This document shows positions 33,137-45,974 of a DNA stretch of 64,000 nucleotides, in pieces. The translations under genes were made by a program, and so were the position numbers. How positions within the stretch are numbered: the stretch's first letter is position 1; every line of letters starts with the position of its first letter. Where the stretch lies: NCBI GenBank assembly GCA_963845065.1, contig CAWJQQ010000002.1, positions 288,001-352,000 of the forward strand. The letters are read 5' to 3'. The DNA comes from Nitrospirota bacterium. Its GTDB lineage: Bacteria; Nitrospirota; UBA9217. The notes beneath the pieces were generated by a model. It did no database searches. It saw only the letters and a program-made list of their open reading frames with translations, and was not told where the DNA came from.

Positions 33137-33592
33137 TCACTTCTTTTCTTTCTGCTCTTTTTCTTCCTGTGCGAGAAAATCCAGGATGATATCGTCGAGG
33201 CTCTTTTCCTTCATATCTTCCCTAACCTCTGTAGATTCTGCGGCTTTGGGAACGGGCGTTTCCTTCGCTGATACGGCCTTCGGCGCGGGAGCTTCCTTCG
33301 GGGTCTCTGCAGGGTGATAGGTTGCCTCATGAGGGGCGTTGCCGAGGTCCAGTTTGCCCTGCATTAGGTCGCGGATCATCTGCTTATGCTGCTCCATCAT
33401 CAGTTCGCGCACTACCTCATCAAGACAGTCTGCTTTGAGGATATCGGCATAACTAGTCTTGCGCGAGGCTAGGATCGCGCCCTGATGGTAAAGGAGAGAG
33501 GTTATGTACGGGCTGCTCGTACCGCCGTCTTCAGTCTGGCAATGAAACACTTTGCCCTTGAATTTGAAGTCGGTATTGTAGCCGGTAAGCAT
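33137..33592 (-). CDS. Hypothetical protein
   Basis: 151 aa with a folded-looking N-terminus (GYNTDFKFKGKVFHCQTED), a Pro/Ala linker and C-terminal KSLDDIILDFL. Confidence 0.85.
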   Translation of the reverse strand: MLTGYNTDFKFKGKVFHCQTEDGGTSSPYITSLLYHQGAILASRKTSYADILKADCLDEVVRELMMEQHKQMIRDLMQGKLDLGNAPHEATYHPAETPKEAPAPKAVSAKETPVPKAAESTEVREDMKEKSLDDIILDFLAQEEKEQKEKK

Positions 33593-33639
33593 AGATTATT
33601 ATTATACAAACCAAAGCAGGAAGATGCAAGCCTTTTTAC

Positions 33640-33668
33640 TTGACAGGTAAAGGACGTTAGTGTAATTT
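33640..33668 (+). promoter_or_regulatory. Promoter of tRNA-Leu
   Basis: TTGACA-N17-TAATTT ~10 nt before the tRNA. Confidence 0.55.
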
Positions 33669-33677
33669 TGACTCCGT

Positions 33678-33764
33678 GCCGGCGTGGTGAAACTGGTAGA
33701 CGCAGAGGACTCAAAATCCTCCGGGGGCAACTCCATGTCGGTTCGATTCCGACCGCCGGCACCA
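33678..33764 (+). tRNA. tRNA-Leu(CAA)
   Basis: Anticodon arm GAGGA-CT-CAA-AA-TCCTC, long variable arm, CCA end. Confidence 0.97.
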
Positions 33765-34013
33765 ATTCAAAAAACTTCGATATATGTGTTTCTTTGAGCT
33801 GCGGGAAGAAACCGAACAAGCGGGGATGGGAGAATGACTGCCCTATGCTTCAGGGAAGCCCCCCGAGGGGGAGGCCCCCCTGGGGAAGCAAGTGCATGAG
33901 TTTTCGACAGCACGCACCATTCTGATAAACTTGATTAATTAATGCCTGTAGCATCTCTTCCTAAAATTATTCTGGGACACAACTCAGCATGGTTTCCATA
34001 AAATATCACCGAT

Positions 34014-34739
34014 ATGTCTAAGAGCATTCAGGAGCGATCTCCTGATTATCTTTATGAGAGAAAAAAAAATGATCACGTGTTATCGTATCATGCGAGATTC
34101 CTCGGTATGAATTGGAAAAAGACCAGTACCAATTTTTTACTGGTTGTAGCCCTCATTGCGGTGAGTTATGCTGTTCTGGATAGGCATGTAGCCCTCTTCA
34201 TTAAGAATCTGTGGCTGTTCAACACTCGCTTCTCTTTCTTCTCAACAGATATTCCCGATTTTTTACCCCTGTTGGTTGTCATTACTACAGGCACTGCATG
34301 GATAGCCTTCTTCTACCTTACTCGAAAACACATTTACAATACCCATACACGATTCTTTCAGTTGATTGCCATTACTGTGCCTCTTGTCAATGTGGTCAAG
34401 ACGATTGTAAAATTTGCCTTCGGCAGGATCAATACAAGGTTCTGGCTGCTGCATCCCCATGCCAAGGAATTCCACTGGTTTCATGGTTCTGCAAAATTTT
34501 GTGGTTTCCCTTCAGGCCACATGGCTGTGTTTACTGTTCTTTTTATCGCCCTTTCGATTTTTTATCCACGCTACCAGGTCTTTTATATTACGTGTCTGAT
34601 TCTTCTGGCACTTGCCCTCATTCTGACAAATTACCATTTCCTCAGTGATATTATTGCCGGGGCTTATGTGGGTTTCATAGTCCATTCGGTGACTTATTAC
34701 TGCCTGACGTTTCAGCGCGCGCCAAAGGATGAGGGTTGA
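34014..34739 (+). CDS. PAP2-family membrane phosphatase (start may be 34107)
   Basis: K..FGR, FPSGH and HFLSDI motifs. Confidence 0.88.
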   Translation: MSKSIQERSPDYLYERKKNDHVLSYHARFLGMNWKKTSTNFLLVVALIAVSYAVLDRHVALFIKNLWLFNTRFSFFSTDIPDFLPLLVVITTGTAWIAFFYLTRKHIYNTHTRFFQLIAITVPLVNVVKTIVKFAFGRINTRFWLLHPHAKEFHWFHGSAKFCGFPSGHMAVFTVLFIALSIFYPRYQVFYITCLILLALALILTNYHFLSDIIAGAYVGFIVHSVTYYCLTFQRAPKDEG

Positions 34740-34792
34740 TAACCGCTCAAATATTAATTGTATAATATAGTTTTATGTGATCTAATATTATT

Positions 34793-34880
34793 ATGAAGTT
34801 AAGCGTATGGGCGAAGCAGCAAGGGATAACTTATCAGGCTTCATGGAAATCGTGGAAATCAGGTGAGCTGCCAGCGCTGT
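34793..34880 (+). pseudogene. IS607 TnpA 5' fragment
   Basis: ATG AAG TTA AGC GTA TGG GCG AAG CAG CAA gives MKLSVWAKQQGITYQASWKSWKSGELP, same start as 13749. Confidence 0.7.
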
Positions 34881-35299
34881 TTTGGGGATAAAAGATGCAG
34901 CCGAGCATCACAGAATAATCCAAAAAGAGCTTTTCGCATCATCGATCTGCCGTGCCGCCTTCGTCTCACGTTATACGGTCGTTGCTGTCCAGTAAGTGTT
35001 ATGAGATGAGAGATCAGCAATCCCCCTATCCCCTTGCCCCGACAAGCAGCGCGCACATAGGCATGGCGGATGAGCGAAACATCCTGCACATGCTGTATGC
35101 CCATAACTCCGACGAGCTTACGATCTTCCTCATAGCCCCAGAACACGACACCCGCATCCAACTCTAGCAGGAGTTGGTCGAGAGACATATATGGCTCATG
35201 CCAGCAGTCCTCTGGGATATGGCCTTTATAGGCCCTTGCCGCATCGTTGATAATGGTGTACAGGGAGTTAACATCGTCCTGTGTGCACAATCGGATCAT
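34859..35299 (-). pseudogene. GNAT acetyltransferase, probably 3'-truncated
   Basis: MIRLC..INDAARAYKG..LIRHAYVR..RGKGIG. After TGQQRP the sequence loses GNAT character and runs into the IS607 remnant. Confidence 0.6.
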
Positions 35300-35511
35300 T
35301 GGGGCTCCTGATATTCCAGAATTGTCGTAGAGTATATCAGCTCCTAAAAAAAATTGAAATACTGCTTTACGGCAGTGCAATATATATCCCCTCGACAAAC
35401 AACGAGGAATGTCTTATTATTATTTCCCATGGACTATTCTTGCGCTATTGAAATTATGCGTGGATCGTGTTGAATGAGCCCGACAAAACTTAAAGGAGAT
35501 TGAAAGTATTG

Positions 35512-36543
35512 ATGAAACTGCACTTTAACAGACAGAACGGCCCCGTGGATGCAGCCATCGACAACCTCATCGCTCTGGCGGAAGGCATACAGCGTCCTGA
35601 ATACATCCGCGAAATGATCCTTGCCGCGCTCAAGGCTGGCCAGGAAGACGACGAGAGCGCGGATCTCAAGCTTATGAACACCACGCTCAAGGAGATGCGG
35701 TTCACGTCCAAGGTCTTCGGTCCCTACCGCAATAAGCGCAAAGTCACAGTATTCGGCTCTGCACGCACCCAGCCTGACGAGCCGATCTACGAACTGGCAA
35801 CACAGTTCGGACAGAAGCTGGCCGAGGCAGGTTATATGGTAATCACCGGTGGTGGTGGCGGTATCATGCAGGCCGTAAACGAAGGCGCTGGGCCGGAGCA
35901 TTCCTTCGGCGTGAACATCCGCCTACCGTTCGAACAGAAGCCTAACCCGGTGCTTGAGGGCAACCCACGGCTCATCACGTATAAGTACTTCTTTAACCGG
36001 AAAGTCGCTTTTCTCAAGGAAGCCGACGCCGTAGCGCTTTTCCCCGGCGGGTTCGGCACCCTTGACGAGGCCATGGAAACACTTACGCTTGTTCAAACGG
36101 GAAAGCGCAACCCTCTGCCACTCATACTCGTGGACGATCCTACCCGCTCCTACTGGACCGAATTCATCAAATTCATGGATGAAGGGTTGTTACAGCGCAA
36201 CTACATCTGCAAAACCGATCTCGCTCTCTTCGAGCGCGTCGACTCAATAGAGACAGCTGTGGCAAAAATCAATCGTTTCTACAGCCGCTACCACAGCATG
36301 CGATATGTAAACGGGCAGCTCGTATTCCGGATCACTTCACCGCTCAGCGAAGGAAACATCCGCTTGTTAAAGGAACATTTTGACGACATTTTACTGCCAC
36401 AAGGCGATATCGTGCAATCGGGTGCGCTCCCGGAAGAGCTAGATGACGCAGACGTAATAACCATGACGAGGCTCGTCATCGATTTCAACCGCAAGGACTT
36501 CGGCAGGTTGCGGAACCTCATTGATGCGGTCAATGATTTCTGA
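35512..36543 (+). CDS. LOG-family protein (nucleotide phosphoribohydrolase-like)
   Basis: TVFGSAR, ITGGGGGIM, FPGGFGTLDE. Confidence 0.92.
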   Translation: MKLHFNRQNGPVDAAIDNLIALAEGIQRPEYIREMILAALKAGQEDDESADLKLMNTTLKEMRFTSKVFGPYRNKRKVTVFGSARTQPDEPIYELATQFGQKLAEAGYMVITGGGGGIMQAVNEGAGPEHSFGVNIRLPFEQKPNPVLEGNPRLITYKYFFNRKVAFLKEADAVALFPGGFGTLDEAMETLTLVQTGKRNPLPLILVDDPTRSYWTEFIKFMDEGLLQRNYICKTDLALFERVDSIETAVAKINRFYSRYHSMRYVNGQLVFRITSPLSEGNIRLLKEHFDDILLPQGDIVQSGALPEELDDADVITMTRLVIDFNRKDFGRLRNLIDAVNDF

Positions 36544-36759
36544 AAAATAATTGTACATTAGTCTGAAGCTGAGATGGTGGACCATTCATAATTTCTGCTA
36601 CTTAGGGATTAATTATGACTCTCCTTGCTTGACATTCTTTCATCAAATGATAAGCTTTCTTCATGCAGCCTCGATCTCGAGGCCGCCTTGTCCTATCCGC
36701 ACAATAAATCCATTGTTATCGTTGCAATAATAATTCATCTTATCTCCGGGAGGTGTTTT

Positions 36760-37212
36760 ATGATCAGTCTCGAAATAAACGGTAATAAATATGAGGTTGA
36801 TGTGGCTTCGGACGTGCCTCTGCTGTGGGTTATCCGGGAACGGCTCCAGCTCACGGGTACCAAGTTCGGCTGCGGCATCGGCATGTGCGGATCTTGCACC
36901 GTTCATATCAACGGGCAAGCGGAACGCTCGTGCCAGACGCCAGTGGGGAGCGCGCAGGGCAAGAAGATCACCACCATCGAAGGGCTTCCGGAAAGCCATC
37001 CGGTAAAACAGGCCTGGATCAAAGAGCAGGTCCCCCAGTGCGGCTATTGTCAGCCCGGTCAAATCATGCAGGCGGCCTCGCTTCTAGCCGAAGATCCGCA
37101 TCCCAGCGAGGCAAAGATCATCGATCACATGAACGGCAACCTTTGCCGTTGCGGCACCTACCCGAAGATCAAGAGCGCCATCCGCCTTGCTTCAGCAGGA
37201 GGGGAAAAATGA
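36760..37212 (+). CDS. Xanthine dehydrogenase family 2x[2Fe-2S] subunit (IorA-like)
   Basis: GTKFGCGIGMCGSCTV, QCGYCQPG, NLCRCG. Start re-set to MISLE. Confidence 0.95.
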   Translation: MISLEINGNKYEVDVASDVPLLWVIRERLQLTGTKFGCGIGMCGSCTVHINGQAERSCQTPVGSAQGKKITTIEGLPESHPVKQAWIKEQVPQCGYCQPGQIMQAASLLAEDPHPSEAKIIDHMNGNLCRCGTYPKIKSAIRLASAGGEK

Positions 37213-39374
37213 AGCCCAACCTCACCCGAAGACAGTTTCTGAAAATTACCGGCTCGGGCCTTGCCATTGCCGTTGCCACGACCTCCACCGGGTTCCGGTT
37301 GCTCTCAGCTGCTGAACTTGAGAAGCCCGGCACCCCTTTCCAGCCGAATGTCTGGCTTGAAGTGCTGCCTGATAATACGGTCATCGTGACTGTGAATAAA
37401 TCCGAGATGGGCCAGGGCGTGTATACGTCGCTGCCCATGATCGTGGCCGACGAACTGGACGCAGACTGGAAAAACATCCGCATGAAGGTTGCGCCTGCCA
37501 GAGATGCGTTCAAGGACCCGGCATGGGGCACCCAGGCAACGGGAGGAAGTTCCAGCATCCGCCACATGCTTGAACTGCTGAGGAAGGCCGGTGCGGCGGC
37601 ACGCGAGATGCTTCTTATTGCAGCGGCGCGCAAATGGGAAGTAGCAGTCAAGGAGTGCGCTGTTGATCTGGGGAAGGTGCGGCATATCAAGAGCAATCGC
37701 ATGCTTACCTACGGCCAGCTAACGAAGGAAGCGGCAAATCTGGAAGTTCCGCAAAACCCCATACTCAAAAAAGAGTCCCAGTTCCGGTACCTGGGTAAAG
37801 AAATGCCGCGTCTGGACATATATGCCAAGGTGAATGGCATTGCGCAATTCGGAATCGACTCCTTTGTGCCCGGCATGCTTTACGCAGCCATTGCGAGACC
37901 GCCTGCTTACGGTGCAGAGCTCGTTTCCTACAAAAAGGAAGCGGCCCAAGCTGTGTCCGGCGTCCATGCCGTTGTGCCGATTCATAGCGGGATGGCGGTC
38001 TGCGCTGACACGATTGATGCTGCATGGAAGGGCCGTGACGCATTGAAACCGGATTGGCAAAACGCTAAGTATCCCCAACTAAGCACGGAATCTCTGACAA
38101 AAGAATTCGTTGGCCGGTTCGAGACGCAAGGAATCATGGCTCGGAATGACGGAGATGTGAGCAAGGCGTTCACATCGGCGTCTCAAAAAATTGAGTCCAT
38201 TTACCTCCTACCCTATCTGTCACACGCGACCATGGAACCGATGAATTGCACGGTGCACGTCCGCGGCGACTCATGCGACATCTGGGCGCCGACGCAAAAC
38301 CAGTCAGGTGTACTTGCGATGGCGGCTCAGATCACGGGATTAAAGCCGGAGCAGATCCAAGTACACACGACGTTTCTCGGAGGCGGCTTCGGAAGGCGTT
38401 TTGAACGGGACTTTGTAGAAGAGGCGCTGATGTTATCCATCTCAACGGGAAAGCCGGTGAAGCTCGTCTGGAAACGAGAAGAGGACATCCAGAACGATTT
38501 TTATCGCCCCATGAACGCAACTAGGATCCAGGCCTCGCTCGATGCTGATGGTAACGTTACCGCCTGGTCGCACAAGATCGTCTGTCCATCTATTTTTGCC
38601 CGCGTGTTCCCGCAGATGATGAAGAACGGCATCGACAGCGCGGCGGTGGAAGGCGTTGAGAACATGGAATACGAAGTTCCGAACTTGGCAGTCGAGTATG
38701 TTCGATTTGACTCAGCCGTACCTGTCGGGTTCTGGCGTTCCGTGGGAAGTTCTCATAATGCGTTCACGGTCGAGAGCTTCGTGGACGAGCTTGCCTTTGC
38801 AGCGAAAAAGGACCCCCTTGAATTTCGGCTCGGACTGCTGAAAAATCATCCGCGCGCACGGAAGGTACTCGAGGTCGCTGCGGAAAAAGCCGGCTGGGGC
38901 AAGCCACTCACACAAGGGCGGGCGCGCGGTATTGCATATCACATGTCCTTTGGAAGCTATGTGGCCGAAGTGGCAGAAGTCTCAGTCGATAAAAACAGCG
39001 GGACAATCAAAGTTCACAAGGCAACCTGCGCAGTAGACTGCGGTCCGACCGTGAACCCGGCCATCATCACAGCCCAAATGATGGGCGGTCTCACCATGGG
39101 CCTCTCTGCCGCGCTCAAGGAAAAGATTGAGATCGCCAACGGCGGGATCAAATCCGAGAACTTCAGCGATTACGAGCTGCTGCGCATGAACGAGGCGCCT
39201 GACGTGGACGTTCATATTGTAAAAAGCAACGAAATGGTCGGCGGCATCGGAGAGCCCGGCGTGCCGCCCATTGCGCCTGCAGTGGCAAACGCAGTATTCC
39301 AGGCTACTGGCGCTCGGGTGCGACAGCTGCCGATGAAGCCGGAAACGGTTATGGCGGCGATCAGCACTACTTAA
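37209..39374 (+). CDS. Tat-exported molybdopterin-binding subunit (IorB-like aldehyde oxidoreductase)
   Basis: Start MKPNLTRRQFLK (twin-Arg). SEMGQG, GGGFGRR, GGIGEPG. Confidence 0.93.
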   Translation: MKPNLTRRQFLKITGSGLAIAVATTSTGFRLLSAAELEKPGTPFQPNVWLEVLPDNTVIVTVNKSEMGQGVYTSLPMIVADELDADWKNIRMKVAPARDAFKDPAWGTQATGGSSSIRHMLELLRKAGAAAREMLLIAAARKWEVAVKECAVDLGKVRHIKSNRMLTYGQLTKEAANLEVPQNPILKKESQFRYLGKEMPRLDIYAKVNGIAQFGIDSFVPGMLYAAIARPPAYGAELVSYKKEAAQAVSGVHAVVPIHSGMAVCADTIDAAWKGRDALKPDWQNAKYPQLSTESLTKEFVGRFETQGIMARNDGDVSKAFTSASQKIESIYLLPYLSHATMEPMNCTVHVRGDSCDIWAPTQNQSGVLAMAAQITGLKPEQIQVHTTFLGGGFGRRFERDFVEEALMLSISTGKPVKLVWKREEDIQNDFYRPMNATRIQASLDADGNVTAWSHKIVCPSIFARVFPQMMKNGIDSAAVEGVENMEYEVPNLAVEYVRFDSAVPVGFWRSVGSSHNAFTVESFVDELAFAAKKDPLEFRLGLLKNHPRARKVLEVAAEKAGWGKPLTQGRARGIAYHMSFGSYVAEVAEVSVDKNSGTIKVHKATCAVDCGPTVNPAIITAQMMGGLTMGLSAALKEKIEIANGGIKSENFSDYELLRMNEAPDVDVHIVKSNEMVGGIGEPGVPPIAPAVANAVFQATGARVRQLPMKPETVMAAISTT

Positions 39375-39386
39375 AACGACAGTACC

Positions 39387-41050
39387 CTGACCACTCCCCA
39401 TGTCTAAAGCCAGGGGGTTCTAGCGGCTGTACCGACAGGCTCTCCGGCAACAATACGAACGTTGTCGGCCTCGACTGTCGTTGATCCGCCTTTAACGGAC
39501 GAGCAGCTCTGTCTCCGGTTCGTGGTGTTCTCTTGCTTGATACCGAAGCTGGTTGGATGAATTCGACCCTTTGCCGCTTCATGCTGCACCCCCAATACCG
39601 CCCGTTCCAGGAGCAGGTTTGCACCCGGCCAGGCTTTGGCAGCCTGACGCGTGTCGAGGACATCGTTAGAAACATACTTTGCAAGGAATGCGGAATAGAG
39701 ATCACGCTGGGTGCTTACCCCGCAGTTGCAGGCATGCCATCTTTGGGACAATGATTTTTTGGCTACTGTTCCGCAATGGCATGTATGGGAAAGCTTTGTG
39801 CTCCGGGTAGAAAACTCGGTTACTTTACCGCCAGCGTTTTCGGCTTTGTGGTGAAGCATCGACATAAACATCCCCGGAGCTCGTCGCGAAATACTTTTAC
39901 CATAGAGTTTCTGAAATGCTTTGTACGACAGTTTCTCGGTTTTGATGTCGGTACCGAGAGTGAGGACTTTGTTCACGAGCTTGCCATGAGACCGTTTTCT
40001 GGTTTCAGCAAGGATCCTTTGAAGTTCGGCGAGCTTAGCTTTAAGAATACGGTATTGAGCAGAAAAGACCCACTGCTTTTTACCCGTTTTGATGGTTTTG
40101 TCTCCGTTGTAGTTGCCCGGGTTGGTAGCACGAAGGCTTCTGGCCATTGTGCGCTGGACGGTCTTGATACGTTTAAACGGTATCTCGACTTCAGGGCAGA
40201 ATTCGAGTAGTAACGCATCGGTATCACCAACGATGGCAACTGTCGACGGGCCAATGTCAAGGCCGACAGTTTCGGTGCCAATCTGGTTCTCACGCTTGAT
40301 CTTGGCCGTGCCTTTAAGCACAAGTTGGGCAAACCAGCGGGGATTGCCGCGGATAGTTTTCTTGACCAGACGAACGTACTTGACATCATGGCTAAGTGCA
40401 TGAGCCTGAACACCAAACTTGTCTTTCTTGTCGAAGACACAGCTGAGACGAAGGCCAGTCCACTCCACATGGTTATCGCACCACCGAATACCGGATTTGT
40501 TGTTTTTACCTTCAAGGGACGACATCCAGCCATGGCGCTTGAAACGTGGTTTGCCATGCTTCCCAAACTCGTAGTCAGCGACGGCGCTATATGCTCGAGA
40601 TGCTATCTTCTGGGCGGTCAGGCTGTCAATATGCTCACTGATCCAGCAGGAATTGCGGAGGATACCGACGTAGTTATGAAGGTGGTATTCAGTATATTCA
40701 GCCTGGGTTCTGGCTGTCTTGAACATCTTGATGCGAAGCTTGCTTTTCTTCTTCGTGATCGCCACGAGCCATTTTTCTGATCGCCGCATGGCAGTAAGAC
40801 GCTTCATCGCTTCACCAAGGCAGGCATTGTACAGATAACGGCCAGCTTCGAGCCGGGCATCGAGCATTCGATTGTCCTTTGGAGTCACTACGAGTTGAAA
40901 CTCGTGGATACAAGATGGAGTTTTAGGTTTATTCGGCATTGGTTGTTTGAATATACCACATAGATGTACATTTGTCTACTAATTGCCGGAAAACAAACTT
41001 CCCGCATTCATCCCCATGGTTAAAACCAGGGGCTTTCTGCGGATAGTTTG
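39387..41050 (-). mobile_element. IS200/IS605 family TnpB-only element, copy 2
   Basis: Same TTAC|CAAACTATCC left end. Right end GAAC-CCCCTGGCTTTAGACATGGGG-AGTGG-TCAG. Inserted between the iorB-like gene and mocA. Confidence 0.93.
39404..40939 (-). CDS. tnpB: RNA-guided nuclease TnpB (511 aa)
   Basis: VGLDIG / IKTEKL / QRDLYSA catalytic D-E-D and a Zn finger. Close paralog of 19332-20885. Confidence 0.92.
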   Translation of the reverse strand: MPNKPKTPSCIHEFQLVVTPKDNRMLDARLEAGRYLYNACLGEAMKRLTAMRRSEKWLVAITKKKSKLRIKMFKTARTQAEYTEYHLHNYVGILRNSCWISEHIDSLTAQKIASRAYSAVADYEFGKHGKPRFKRHGWMSSLEGKNNKSGIRWCDNHVEWTGLRLSCVFDKKDKFGVQAHALSHDVKYVRLVKKTIRGNPRWFAQLVLKGTAKIKRENQIGTETVGLDIGPSTVAIVGDTDALLLEFCPEVEIPFKRIKTVQRTMARSLRATNPGNYNGDKTIKTGKKQWVFSAQYRILKAKLAELQRILAETRKRSHGKLVNKVLTLGTDIKTEKLSYKAFQKLYGKSISRRAPGMFMSMLHHKAENAGGKVTEFSTRSTKLSHTCHCGTVAKKSLSQRWHACNCGVSTQRDLYSAFLAKYVSNDVLDTRQAAKAWPGANLLLERAVLGVQHEAAKGRIHPTSFGIKQENTTNRRQSCSSVKGGSTTVEADNVRIVAGEPVGTAARTPWL

Positions 41051-41069
41051 GTAAAACAACGGAGGGCAA

Positions 41070-41669
41070 ATGGGACTAAGCGTATCGGCGCTGCTTCTCG
41101 CAGCAGGCTCATCCAGCAGGATGGGACAGACCAAACAGCTTCTCCTGCTCGATGAAAAGCCGGTCATCAAACACTGTATTGACGCGCTCCTGGCCGCCCG
41201 TATTGCTGATATAGTGGTTGTGGTAAACGAAGAATACAACGGGATCGTGGACACGCTTCAAGGCCTTCCCCTTTCAATTGCCGTAAACACCTCACATAAC
41301 AGTGATATGGCGGAGTCGGTCAAGGCCGGACTGACAGCACTCAGCCATTCAGCATCCGGCATACTCATTTGCCTGTCAGACCATCCCCTCGTGAGGCCAG
41401 AGACAATAGAAGCGTTAATTACCGAACACGTGAACCTGCCGGACAAAATCGTTATTCCCTGTTATAACGGACACAGGGGTCATCCCAGCCTTTTCCCGAA
41501 AAGTATCTTGCAAGACCTGCGAAGCGGTGGCACACTCCGGGACATAATCAGGAGAGAACCGCACAGGGTCGTATTGATCGATACCGGCGATGAAGGTGTC
41601 GTGCTCGACATGGATACACCTGAGGAGTTTCAACATATCGTGGGGAAAATGAGGAAAAAGCATACTTGA
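41070..41669 (+). CDS. mocA: Molybdenum cofactor cytidylyltransferase (MocA-like)
   Basis: LLAAGSSSRMG..KQLL, DHP, GHP, DMDTPE. Adjacent to an MCD-type oxidoreductase. Confidence 0.85.
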   Translation: MGLSVSALLLAAGSSSRMGQTKQLLLLDEKPVIKHCIDALLAARIADIVVVVNEEYNGIVDTLQGLPLSIAVNTSHNSDMAESVKAGLTALSHSASGILICLSDHPLVRPETIEALITEHVNLPDKIVIPCYNGHRGHPSLFPKSILQDLRSGGTLRDIIRREPHRVVLIDTGDEGVVLDMDTPEEFQHIVGKMRKKHT

Positions 41670-41990
41670 TCCAACAAGGCTGTCACCTCTTCCCTTTTTG
41701 ACCTAAGCCGGTGCTCGCCGCAATCTATCTGCTTTCCTGCTGACGATATCATCTTCCCTGCAAAGGATGTCGAGGCTGTAATAACATCAAATAACCGGTT
41801 AAGTGCTAACATTACGATTTAATGCAACTATCCGTTCATGACAGCAGCTCTTTCATTGTTCAGTATTGTGCGAAGTGCCAAAGGTTTAAACACCTCCGGA
41901 ATAATAAGGAATTTCTCCTGCAAATAGTTATCCTATGCAGGCAATCCAGCAGACTGGACAGCTGGAACCAACGTTTCTGCCTAAAATCTA

Positions 41991-42019
41991 TTGACAATAA
42001 ATCAGCCGCTATGATATAA
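41991..42019 (+). promoter_or_regulatory. sigma70 promoter of the DUF1015 gene
   Basis: TTGACA followed by TGATATAA (extended -10-like). Confidence 0.55.
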
Positions 42020-42059
42020 AGAAAGTCTTTTGAGATATATTCTTGGCCCGATTGGGAAA

Positions 42060-42096
42060 TTGACTCACTCCCACCGCTAAAGCATGTGGAGTCTCC
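42060..42096 (-). repeat. Isolated IS200/IS605 right-end hairpin
   Basis: Minus strand GGAGACTCCACATGCTTTAGCGGTGGGAGTGAGTCAA. Confidence 0.7.
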
Positions 42097-42118
42097 CGTT
42101 ACCTAAGGAAAACATGAA

Positions 42119-44555
<2,437 letters not shown>

Positions 44556-44670
44556 AAACATCAAACGCGGTACCAGGGGATTTAAGCCCGGATTAAATCC
44601 GATATTATCTTGGAGTAAAATCCACCTGGATCCGTATCAACTCAGCTTGCATCTTTGTCGGAGAATGTTC

Positions 44671-45864
44671 ATGGACAAAAAAACCATTGAAAAAGTAGAC
44701 TTGAAGGGCAAACGTGTTTTCATCCGAGCCGACTTTAACGTACCGCTCGATGACGACGGCAACATCACCGATGACGGCAGAATACGGTCCACGCTACCGA
44801 CGATCAACTACGCCCTCGATGCCGGCGCCAAGGTGATCCTCGCATCCCACCTTGGCCGCCCGAAGGGCAAGCCTTCACCGAAATACAGCCTCGCACCGGT
44901 GGCAAAGCGGCTGTATCGGCTGCTCAACAAGGACGTACAATTCGCCAAAGACTGCATCGGTCCCGAGGTCGATCACATGGTCGCGGGCATGCGGCCTGGG
45001 GATGTTTTGCTTCTCGAGAACCTCAGATTCCATGCCGAAGAAGAAAAGAACGACGAGGCCTTTTCAAAAGCCCTCGCGGCATTCACCGATGTATATGTAA
45101 ATGATGCCTTCGGCACGGCTCATCGCGCCCATGCCTCGACCTACGGCATTACAAAATATGTTTCACAGTCTGTGGCTGGTTTCCTCATGATAAAAGAAAT
45201 CACCTATTTGCAGAAGACTGTTGCAGACCCCGTGCGTCCTTTCGTGGCAATTCTGGGCGGAGCTAAGGTTTCGGGAAAGATTGGCGTGATCGAAAACCTG
45301 CAGAACAAAGTGGACAAGATTATTGTAGGTGGAGCCATGGCCTTCACCTTCATCAAGGCGCGCGGGTATGAAGTAGGCAACTCACTTGTTGAGGCAGATA
45401 TGATCGAGATGGCGGAGCGCCTCAGAAAAAGCGCCCGCGACAAAGGCGTAAAATTCTACCTCCCCGTCGATTTTGTCGTGGCGGAGAACACCAACGACGG
45501 TGCAGAAACCAAAATCGTTACGTCCCAAGAGATCCCGAAGGGATGGGTCGGTCTTGACATCGGACCAGCTACTGTGCGGCTCTTCAGCGAAGCGCTGCAG
45601 AATGCGAAAACGATCATATGGAATGGTCCCATGGGAGTGTTCGAGAAAGACGCCTACTCCCGCGGAACGTTTGCCATCGCACGCTCCGTGGCGGACGCGT
45701 TCGCGACAACAATCGTCGGCGGCGGTGACACTGATATTGCCGTGCACAAAGCCGGCGTATCGGATAGTATGACCTTTATCTCCACCGGCGGCGGCGCATC
45801 GCTCGAGCTTCTCGAAGGCAAGGAACTGCCAGGCCTCGCAGCGTTGACGGATGATAAGGATTAA
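44671..45864 (+). CDS. pgk: Phosphoglycerate kinase
   Basis: [25 protein letters not shown]. Start re-set to MDKK. Confidence 0.99.
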   Translation: MDKKTIEKVDLKGKRVFIRADFNVPLDDDGNITDDGRIRSTLPTINYALDAGAKVILASHLGRPKGKPSPKYSLAPVAKRLYRLLNKDVQFAKDCIGPEVDHMVAGMRPGDVLLLENLRFHAEEEKNDEAFSKALAAFTDVYVNDAFGTAHRAHASTYGITKYVSQSVAGFLMIKEITYLQKTVADPVRPFVAILGGAKVSGKIGVIENLQNKVDKIIVGGAMAFTFIKARGYEVGNSLVEADMIEMAERLRKSARDKGVKFYLPVDFVVAENTNDGAETKIVTSQEIPKGWVGLDIGPATVRLFSEALQNAKTIIWNGPMGVFEKDAYSRGTFAIARSVADAFATTIVGGGDTDIAVHKAGVSDSMTFISTGGGASLELLEGKELPGLAALTDDKD

Positions 45865-45974
45865 TATTTGTTATCTTGCGGAGACGCAGGGATTGGAGAG
45901 CTTGAATCCTAAATGGTATTTTGTGTTTTTTTCTCCACCTTTTCTGTGCCTCTGTGAGAGATAAGGAGCCTCTC

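Noticed and set aside
36825..37208. N-terminal 128 aa of the 849-aa ORF
   Set aside because: Overlaps the 2Fe-2S gene in another frame. The real start is 37209 with a Tat signal.
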